Positions 54,404-64,000 of a stretch of 64,000 bases of DNA are shown here, piece by piece. A program made the translations under genes and the position numbers. The stretch comes from Anthoceros angustus (taxonomy: Eukaryota; Plantae; Anthocerotophyta): contig VJWM01000259.1 in NCBI GenBank assembly GCA_010909165.1, positions 125,851 through 189,850 on the forward strand, given 5' to 3'. Under the pieces are notes generated by a model. That model was not told the origin of the DNA. It worked only from the letters and a program-made list of their open reading frames with translations, and did no database searches. Position 1 is the first letter of the stretch; each line of letters begins with the position of its first letter.

Positions 54404-57400
54404 CCACTTATCTTTCCCATTCTCCAAAGCTCATTTATGGTCATTGACCATTCTCAGTCCTTATCTTGCTAGGGTGGCGACGTGTACCTTATGGATTGGC
54501 TCCCTCGCCCTCCTTTTGCTCTTGTCCCTTCCCCAGATCTTGTCGCCTTCCTAATGTGTGGGTCAAGTACAATGCTGCCCCTTCCCCCATCTCCAGCGGC
54601 GCGCCATTCCTGTCCTCCAATCGCCTCCGCACTCGGCGCCTTTTCTCCAGCCTCACTGGTGGCGTTCATCGGCACCCTACGCGGTAGTCGGCGGACTAAG
54701 GTGGTGACCTACCATGGTAGTCGATCTTCTTTTCTTCTTCTCCCATCTGATGCCTCTTGGGTTGGAATCTTCCTTGCTCCTTTCCTCCTGTTTGGTTGTC
54801 CATACCTATCATGGAGCATTCTCAATTCTTCCTCCCCAATTGTCGGGATTTCACTAATCCTTGGCCTTTTGCATCACCTCCTCGGCTGGCCTTCCCTGCT
54901 CGTGGGGTGAGGAACTTCTCACCCTCCTTCCTTGGTGGGATCCGTCCTTTCTCCCGGTGGGGTTGTCTCCCACCTCCTCTTCTATTCCCGGTATGCTCGG
55001 ACCCCGGCTCCTTCATTCAGCGGGGCCTCCAGCGGCCGACTCCCCCCCGGTCGCTCGCGGTTTATACCCTACCGGTAGTCGGCGGACTACGGTGGTGGTG
55101 GTCTCAGTGGTAGGTGACCCCCACTGGGCTGTCCCCCTCCTTGCTCTCCGCCATCTTCCTCCTTGGCGCTGCTCTCCTTGTCTCCTGTCTCCTCGGACTC
55201 CTCGAGTCCATGTCGATGGCCTCATCAAAATCGGAGGCCTCGGCTGCACTGTTGCGGCTCCTTCTGTCATCATCATGAGGACCCAATGTCCTCCTCTTGG
55301 CCCAAAGACTTCATTGTTGGCCTTCAAAATCTATTGTGGAGGTGAGCCCCAAGCTGTAATGCATTTGGAGATCATCAATCTCCAGTGGGCCACTCTCCAT
55401 CCTCACACCTACCTTGTAGGCATCCCTTGGTGGTCAATTCTCCCACCTTGACATGGAGGTCACATTCTCCTCCCTTGCTTCCTTTGGTTGGCCATTTTGC
55501 AGAAGGGCATAATCCAAAATCGCCTCTTCCTCACCACGCATCCTGTACCACCTTCTTGTGGTACTCCTCCTCTGGAACCTCCTTCCTCTCCTCCTCTGGA
55601 ACCTCCTTCCCTTCCCTTCCCTCTAGGACCTTCTCCGGCTCCACTGCTTGCGTCTTGAGCCTAGCTCCAGCTTCTCCAATTATCGGGTCCTTCTCAATTC
55701 TTCCTCATATCCCATCTTGATGGCTTGGGTAGCCATCACTGCTCTTGCGTCCATTTGTTGGATGCACCTTCTCCTTCCTAGAGCCTCTGTTTTGCCCTTT
55801 CTCTCCTGCTCTAGCTGGGCAAAATGCTCTTCTGCCTTCGCCTTCTGCCTCCACGAATCCCGTTGGGTTGTTGCCCGAATGGCTCTCTCCTCGATGTGAC
55901 AACCTCCCCTCTAGGACCTTCTCCGCTCTCCGGTGGTCCACGAGATCCCGCTGGAGCTTCTCCACAGCCTTCTCCAGCTTGGCTGCCTTCTCGTCGGACT
56001 CCATGGCCTCCAATTGCCATTTGGTCCACCTTCCTCCGGCCATGTCTTGGGCACTTCCTCTTGGCATGCCCACAAGGAGGCTGCTAGCTCCTAGCCCCTT
56101 CAAAATCCACGGTGAGTGCTTCACAAGCACTCGGCAATTCTCCTAGGGGTCCCAAATTCCACCTGCCTCTTCTTGGAAATTTCCAGCTCCCTTGCACTCA
56201 CGGGCCATCACGGCGTGGGTCCCCTCAGTCGCCCCATCCGCCCTTCCTCCAGCGCGGTAGTGGTGGCCTGGCGCCCGCTGTGCGCTTCTCTTCCCTTCCC
56301 TACCGCGGTCTCGTGGGGTGCTTGCCTGCGTGGCTGCTCCCCCCGTGTGCCTACCTACTGGTGTGCCTACCTAGTGGTCCTAGTAGTGCCCACCCTCTTG
56401 GGTGGGTGCCTCCCTACGGTGGGGCTGGGGGCCTCTCTGCACAGGCACAATGAGATGGTGGGGACTCCCCACCCTTGGGGCATCACCCCTCATGGTAGTC
56501 CTCCTCTCATAGACTACCATTCGGCCTTCCTCGGCGGTTCTTCCTCTCCTCCCTTGCTCTTGTGGGGAAAGATTCCCACTCGGCAACCTTGTTGCCTCTA
56601 CATCCTCCCTTGCTCCTAGCATGCTTGTGGAGTCGACCTCCCATCTTCCTCAATGCAAAGGCAAGGCCTTTCCAAGCTTGGCTGGAGATGGATTATCTCA
56701 GAAGGATGCCAAGCATCTTCCAACTCCTTGCTTGTGAGAAGTCCCTCCGTTTCCCACAAATGCACCAAATAGGTGCTAAGGTAAGGCCTTGGCCTTCCTC
56801 ATCCACGAATTTGGCTTGAGGAGCTTCTCCGGTGGATGTAGGCCTCATACATGATGGTGCCCCAATCGGCTTGGCTCCCATGAAATCTTCCACAAAATTG
56901 GAGGAAGTTGGTCTTTGAAATAAAGTCCTTTGGTAATTTACCAACCCAGCACAATCTTGCAAGAGCCTCCACTTGACTCCTTGATGCTCTGTCTTCCATT
57001 CTTGGCATGGGCCTTCACTCCTCCGTCCATCATGTCGAGGACTCTGCGGAATTTCGGAGAGGCGTCCTCTTCCTCCATTCGTCCTTTTGAGAGCAATTCG
57101 AGCTCTCCTCCTCGGTCTCCATACACTGAATGCTCCTTACGGTCCGGCGAGGATCCGTTCGAGCATTCCTCTCGTTCGGCAAGGCGCCTCGATTGATGGA
57201 GATTGATGAAGCACTCCTCAATCAATTCCAAATTGGTGTAGGCCCATTGGCGGCCATACACCCATCCCAATTGGATGTTATCCTCCTCGCCCATTGCGAA
57301 AATCAACCAAATCGCGGGGTTAGCTGCCGCAAAACAAGTGAATTGGGGCATCTCGACTCACCCCTCACAGCGGTGGCCTCCACCTTCTTTCCTTTTCCTC

Positions 57401-58100
57401 GCGAGGAGGCCCTTGGCGGCTCCTTCCCTTGCCTTTCAGCTCGAGGCATGGTGGCGTTTTCCTTCAAGCCTGGAGGAATTACTTCCCAATTGGCAACTCA
57501 GCTTCTCTCAACCTCCTTCTCCTTGTCAGCGCAAAACCCTCAACACAATCACGTTAGCTGATCTTCGCTGTGTAATTTCCTTTTCCTCGCGATTTCTCCT
57601 CGGGGCGGCGCCCGGCGTGGGGTGGTGGTCCTCCTTCCTCTCTCAATTTCTCACCTTCGCCTTCAAGTGCCCAGTCGCCCTTCGGCGCCTCAGCCTCGCG
57701 ACTCTGCGCGCTCCTCCTTTTACAGGCTTGGGTCTCCGCTCCACGGTGTTTGGCGCCTTCCTCTTCTCCTCCTCGCTCCAGCTAGGGTTCCCTCTCCTTC
57801 TTCAGCTCGCGTGCTTAGCTCCCTTTTGCGCTCGATTCGACCGCAGCGGGGGTGGTGAGGGTGATGGCGGCTTCCTCCTCTCCACTGCCCGGCGGTCTCC
57901 GCTCCTCGTGTTTGCGCCTTCCTCTCTTCTCCTCGCTCCGGCTAGGGTTCCCTCTCCTTCCCGCGCGCTTCTCCCTTCGCTCGATTGGGCGGGCGGTGGT
58001 GATGATGGCGGCTTCCTCCTCTCCTCCTCGCTCTTCGCTCAGCTCCTTAGTTCTTGAAGTGAGCCTCGATTCGAAGGAAGTTGGCGCCCAAAACACTTTG
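54404..58100 (-). mobile_element. Decayed 3' internal region of the minus-strand element with an accessory ORF (charged/coiled-coil pieces)
   Basis: Purine-rich minus strand with ORF pieces such as AMESDEKAAKLEKAVEKLQRDL and 56938-57351; no pol motifs. Confidence 0.4.
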
Positions 58101-58295
58101 CCCTCCTTGGATTGCGCCACAGGAGTTCCCAACCCTAGATCATTCAATCCTAATTAATTACCTTCTAATTAATTACCTATTTTCACCTATCTCGCAACCC
58201 CATTAATTACCTTCTAATTACCTATTATTATTCCCTATTGGTGAGCATATATAGTGGATATCCCCTTATTCTAATTTCCTTTTAGCGAGATTTGT

Positions 58296-58363
58296 CGACC
58301 TACAGCGGTGACTTTCTCGACCTACGGCGTGTGTGGCGACCTACGGCGTGTGTGGCGACCTAC
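58296..58363. repeat. 19-bp tandem repeat (CGACCTACGGCGTGTGTGG, about 2.5 copies plus a variant)
   Basis: Direct reading. Confidence 0.85.
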
Positions 58364-58539
58364 CGCCTTTCGGACCCTCACTCTGAGTCGTTTGACCCGT
58401 TCTTTTCTGGGATATCCTCTTGCCTTCCTAACAATATCCTACAACTCCAAGATTCTCGAGAAAATTTCTGGCATGCTCCTCTTCAATCGTTTTAGCCAAA
58501 AAAATCAAACTTGTTTGTCTTGGCTCTTTTGTGGTTGCC

Positions 58540-59987
58540 CAAACTTTTATGCTCCATGATGTCACATAAATTGAATGCAGAAGGTCACATAGCCAGGTAC
58601 AAAGCTAGCCTCTGGCTAGAGCACCTCGGGTTACTCCTTCCTACGGGACGTATTTCTCCGGTTTTTTGTGCACAATCCATCTGTATTATTCTTGCCCTTG
58701 CCGCAGAATACAACATAGAATTACAACAGATGGAAGTCGCCTTCCTTCACGGCTTTCTCGAGGAAGAGCTTTACATGGAACAGCCGGAAGGCTATGTCGA
58801 CCCTGCACACCCTAATCATGTTTGCCTACTTATCAAGTGCTTGTATGGCTTAAAACAGAGTGCTGAACGATGGTATAAGAGGTGTGATACAGCCATGAAG
58901 TCCTTGGGTTTCCAACAATGCAAAGCTAACTCCAATGTGTGTGTCTTTCGAGATGGCTCTGCCTATGTCATCCTTGCTCTCTACGTTGACGATGTTATCC
59001 TTGCTGCCAGCAACCTGGATCTCCTGTCACACGTCAAGACACTCTTAAAACAGACTTTCGAGATGATTGACAGCGGGGACCTCCTATTTGCTTAGGCATA
59101 CAGGTCTTGCGGGTCAGATCTGAGGGACTTCTAATTATACACTAGGATAAATATATTGCTGAGATCTTACACAAGTTCAACATGGGACAGCCCATCCTGT
59201 ATCCACACCAGGTGCCGTAGCGGCCAAGCTTACCAGATATGAGTGCCCTGATAGCGATGCTGATAAGTTAGATATGCAGGATGTCCCTTATCGACATGCA
59301 GTTAGCAGTTTAATCTTCATCAGCAATTGGACGCGTCCTGACATACAACATTTTGTCAGTACTGTCTCACAGTTCTTGGAAAATCCAGGCCGTGCTCACT
59401 GGACTGCTGTCAAATGGATTTTCCGTTATCTCAAGGGCTCCCACTACATTGGTTTATGCTACAAGTGTGGAGGCCACACTCACTTGACATTGGAGGGCTT
59501 TACTGACGCAGATTGGGCCTCAGACAGTGACTCCCGCAAGAGCCTGTCGACGTATGCTTTTCTTCTTGCTCAAGCTGCCATTAACTGGAGCTGCAAGAAG
59601 CAGACAAGTATTGCCCTGTCCAGCATAGAGGCTGAATATAAATCCTTGATAGATGCAACTAAAGAGGTGGAATGGGAGCAATTCTTTCTTCATGACATAG
59701 GGCAGACTCAAACTGGACCCACTCACCTGTATTGTGATAACCAGTCTACTATCGCTCTTGTTGCTAACCCTCGCTTCCACGCCCGTACCAAGCACATAGA
59801 AGTTCACCACCATTACGTTAGGGATGCTGCTGAGAGGGGGCTGGTGAAAGTTCTCTATGTGCCCATAGATAACAACACAGCAGACATCCTAACTAAGGCT
59901 TTACCTAAGGACAAGCACTCTAAACACATGCAAGGTCTTGGCTTGATGAACTACCAACAATACTTCAAGGCCAAGGTCACGTCCTAA
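58540..59987 (+). pseudogene. pol: Ty1/copia reverse transcriptase and RNase H
   Basis: AFLHGFLEEELYMEQPEGY, LYGLKQS, LYVDDVIL, FTDADWA, SSIEAEY, CDNQS, RTKHIEV. Confidence 0.95.
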
Positions 59988-60704
59988 AGGAGGGACGGGG
60001 GGGACTTACAGGTGAGGCCTAAGTCCTCAGATGTTATTGTTACAACAGTTTTCCAGCCTTGTGCCTTCTGTTCTTCAGATACCTACAGTCAGGAGATAGG
60101 GAGGGTTAAACATATAGAAATCAGGACAGGTGGATGAAGCTCAACGTTCTTTCCAATCACCTAGACGTTGGTTGATCATTTCTCCTCCTCCTGCTTCCTC
60201 CTTAGTCTCTGAAGGAGCTTCTCTACCTCCCGGAGTGGCTTCAGGAGACTGGCTTCGTCATCGACATCCTTCGGCTGCTCCCAATTCTCATTGTCCTTCA
60301 CAGGCTTACTCCAGCAGAGGCTCACGTCAAGTGAAATTCTGAACCCACCGATGGTGACGCTGGAACCAAGCAGATGGCGTTCGTCCCACTCTTCAGCATG
60401 ATGCTGGACATGGCGCAGCTTCCGTGGCCTGCCTCTCCCACTCTTTACCTACTCACGTACAGGGCTCACCGCCCTCTTGCCTCTGGTCTCAAGCCTGGAC
60501 GTCATCACAATCACCAGGATTCTCAGCCCTTGAACGCAAGCGTAAGCAGCAGCGAGGAACACAGCGTAGGCCGAGGCGATATTTGTAGCCATCTCGCCAC
60601 TGCGCACTGGCGCCGGTAGTTGGCGATTTGATTACGCCGCTCGCTCCCTGTGGATTGCCCGTTGTCTGATGCTCTTCTCTAAGCTCGTTTCGCTTAAGGG
60701 AGGG

Positions 60705-60895
60705 TGTTACGGGTTGAGTAATCTTACCTCGCTTAGGGTTAATCTGGCTAGGTTAATTAGGAGAAGGTTATTTATCCAAAGGACACTAAGTGAAGGGTTG
60801 CTTAGATGTTTAGTATATAAGACCAACTAGGACACTACTTTTCATTCATTGTTTTTATGCTCTTAATAAGAATATGCTTCTTCTTCCTCTTGCAC
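60705..60895 (+). repeat. Putative 3' LTR of the copia element (right end uncertain)
   Basis: AAGGGAGGG purine tract directly before TGTTACGGG; TATATAA at ~60815. Confidence 0.45.
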
Positions 60896-61199
60896 TTTGA
60901 CCATGGTTCAAACCGAACAGATCACCTGGATGGAGCGCCGAGAGAGCAGCCTCCACATTCGAGTCATGGGGCACCGCCGAATGTGCGCGCACATCTACCA
61001 CCAGCTCACACCCCGACCTTGATCATGCGCAAGGTGTTGGAGACTCCTTTGATCTCCCTCCAGGACATGGGAGTTGAGCGTGCTCGATGCCAAGTGTCTT
61101 GGGCTTGGCAATTTGAAGCTTCCACGGCTGTCCTAGACTCGGATCGGAGAGTCCATGGGACACTCTAGTCCCATACTGGACAAAGCCGGTGGATCCCAT

Positions 61200-61870
61200 G
61201 GGCAGCCTCACCGACGCCAGTCAGAGTTGCCACCACCACCATCGACCATGTTACGATGGTGGTGGTGAGGGCGGCTGCCCACAACCATGAGGAGGGCCAG
61301 CCACTTGGAGGGCATATGCGCGCCTATGCGTCCCAGCGTGGAGTACTGAGCACCTTCGTGATTCAGCCCACCAATCGCATGAATGTGCGAGTGAGCAATG
61401 CCATGGTGGACAATAGGGAAGGCCATGTCACGGTGAATGGTTATGCTCCCAAGCTTGTGCTCTTGGACACGGGGGCACAGCCCGTGATCATTGGCAAGGC
61501 TCTGGCCACCACGTCGAACTTGCAGGGAACGGCACTCCGCCATTCACCTTGGAACATCAGGACAGCCTCTTGCGCTGTGGAACCTGTGTGTGGAGAGATC
61601 ACCACCGCCATCACGCTCAATCCGGGATAAGCCATGACATTGGCCATTCATTGCCTTGTCACGGCAGCTGCTAATTACGATGTCCTTCTCGGACAGGAGG
61701 TTTTGTTCCCATCCGCCATCAGCGTGGACAATTGGACAAAGCAAGCTCACTATCGCCTCGATTGGCATAGTGGAGGTCAGCAAGGGGCGCACTTTCCCTT
61801 GAATCTGCATGGCGGATTGGACACCGAGGCAGCCATTGTCCTAACTACTCTAGTCCTTATGGCGACCATT
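61200..61870 (+). pseudogene. pol: Retroviral-type aspartic protease remnant
   Basis: VLLDTGAQPVIIG..(stop)..NYDVLLGQEVLFP..VDNW..YRLDW. Confidence 0.8.
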
Positions 61871-62109
61871 TAGGCTGTCCCCGAGGTGCTCCTTGCCGAC
61901 AGCCAGCATTTGAGTGACATGCTGGAGCTTGCCGACTTGGATCCAGATCAAGAGGCCGAACATTTGGTCACAGCAGCCTGCCTAGAAGACACTCCACCAT
62001 CATTCGAACTGTCCGACCTGGTTCAGTGAAGCTCTTCCACGAGTGTAGCAAGCTCTGCAGCTTCAGCACTCCCCCTTGGGCGAACAAGCACCTTCCACCA
62101 CGGTGAGCC

Positions 62110-62216
62110 AGCAGATCATCACGTGGACGGTGCCCACTTCTGACATTACTTTGCTGGAATTGTTTGGGGGCATTTGCACCGGTCTAGAGGCTCTTTGGCT
62201 GAATGGAATTTTGGTC
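62110..62216 (+). pseudogene. N-terminal fragment of a C5 cytosine methyltransferase (motif I) following the protease
   Basis: ITLLELFGGICTGLEALWLNGILV resembles DNMT3-type motif I (VLSLFDGIATG..L..LG); truncated at ~62217. Confidence 0.6.
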
Positions 62217-63699
62217 ATGTCAGGAGGTTGCCAAGACCGTCCCAGTCATGGGACATGGCAGCATCCTGACCTCCGGATTGTCCATGGGACATGGCGATCA
62301 CCGGACGTCTAAATGGACATGGGACATCCCCACAACCGGACCGCTGGACTGCAGCCACCAGCCCAATGTCAAGACACAAGGACTAAGGTACGCACGCAAA
62401 GAATGTGAACTTGATGTATGCTTGCTTTTATAAACTACGTTTTGTTAGGCATTTTCATTAACCAAGGACATGGGAACATGTCCTTTATTTTGATTGGCCC
62501 ATTGTCCAAGGATTCATTTTCTTTAAATATCAGTTATAGGAAATAGTTCCGTTATGACCGGATAACTAGGAAGGCTAGAAAAAGCCACTTAGTTTAGGTG
62601 TGAAACTGAACGGGGCACAACCCAAATTGGGCACCTGATCAATGTGGGAGGAGCAGCACCAAGCGTGAGGGCTGCTTCCGCATCATGGCGCGAACATCAG
62701 CTGGAAATCGAGCTGGGCGGACCGTGAGGATGATGGCGGACACCGGCGTGAAGATGGGGAGGAGGGCGTCTATCTCTTTTGATCTTCAAAATCGTGCCGC
62801 GAGAGTGCTGTTGCTAGGAACATGGATATTGTGTGATTTTCCAGCCATCTAGGTGTGGAACGCAAAAGTTTGGGCCACTAAATCAAGTTCATTCGTTTCG
62901 GAACAGGTCCGAACTCTTTTGGTTGAGAATTGATTAGGGGAGACATGCAGGCATTCTTTTTGTTCCTTTTGAAGCTGGAATTATAGGGAACTATAAGGTA
63001 GGTATAGAGGATACCGAGGGGAAAAGAAACGGTCCAAATGACCCGTGGTGAAGGTGTAGGTAGCCTAAAGGGTGGTGACGACAACCTACCATCGGTGCCA
63101 CCCTATGCCTAGAGGCGATAAAACTGAGGAACGGGGACTACCCCAGAGGTCGGTGATTCCGCCGAGGTCGAGGACGTCTCGAATAGGGAAAAGGAATTTA
63201 GGGACAAGATACTATAACGGCCACGACAAGGTTACGGTCGACCGCGCATGCCCGTCCTCCACTCGGTCGTCCCACGTGCGTCGTCAGTCGCCCAACTTCT
63301 AAGTTACTTTCTGGCGTACTTATCACCTTTGGTCACGGAGTGGGTCCGGACTTATTCCGTTCTTATGCGCGCCGCCATCGAGGCCTAGGTACGTTCCCCA
63401 CTCCGGAGTCGAGTATACTCCGAGTGCCGTCCGGAGTGCTAACCGTGCTTATTTCCCCTTTTTGCTCATTTTATTACTCCTACAAAAACAAAACCCTACC
63501 TAATTTCTCACCCCTGTGGAAGTCCGTAGTCCACAGGCCCGCCTGGATCATCCGATTAGGGCGCCCGTATGTCGGGGCTAGGGACCGCCCGGCGGGCGGA
63601 ACGGGGCAATCCCATCCCACCACCGGCTTACTCGTATGCGGCCTCATCCGACGATCGTGTCGGTCCTTTCGTTGAGCTTCTCTTGACTGGCTCACGGCG

Positions 63700-64000
63700 A
63701 TAGTGCCGTGGCATCATCCCTACGGGACTATGACATTGCTCTTCACGTTCTTGAACTTTTAAATGTCGGAACATATCGGCGAGTCTCCCAAATCTCGGTG
63801 GTTCTTCTCCATGGTCACTCTCCCGGTGACGGTACTCCTTGATGCTTCTTCCATGCAACTCTCTGTCGAATAGCGGTGGTGGAAGATTAGCTGTCGGCTT
63901 TGAAACTCCTGCGTTTCTTTGGCTTGTGTAGCTCCCATCCTCCCTTCTTCTTCTACGAGCTCTTGGGAGGTTGCATCCGACTACGCCATTCTTGGAACTC
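63700..64000 (-). pseudogene. Possible gag-like retroelement remnant
   Basis: Charged ORF piece LADMFRHLKVQ; no diagnostic motif. Confidence 0.25.

Noticed and set aside
58081-58095. TGGCGCCCA as a + strand PBS
   Set aside because: No LTR end precedes it and no + strand gag follows.

Overview
Eukaryotic, repeat-saturated DNA with no intact host gene, rRNA, tRNA or CRISPR array. The host is probably a land plant (inferred from PLS-type PPR fragments and plant Ty3/Ty1 families). Bases 1-48958 are a tandem array of a Penelope-like retroelement with a CxC-motif (Naiad/Chlamys-type) reverse transcriptase. Three ~4.05-kb RT segments (C) are separated by ~3.5-5.3-kb direct-repeat blocks (R) in the order R-C-R-R-C-R-R-C-R, i.e. 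three [pseudo-LTR - ORF - pseudo-LTR] units. Every junction falls on (TCTA)n, and the array ends in a ~520-bp (TCTA)n tract that abuts the middle of a Ty3 protease coding sequence. No canonical GIY-YIG endonuclease is visible; the RT carries a ~690-aa unrecognised N-terminal extension. The first RT copy is split just after its YIDD motif by a 10.65-kb non-autonomous Ty3 LTR element (TG..CA ends, TGGCT target-site duplication). Bases 48959-64000 are nested, decayed retroelements: Ty3 pol with an inverted integrase segment, PPR debris, a minus-strand Ty3 LTR, Ty1/copia RT-RNase H, and a Ty3 protease followed by the start of a C5 DNA-methyltransferase domain. Small indels and local tandem duplications are abundant, so some frameshifts and duplications may be assembly noise.
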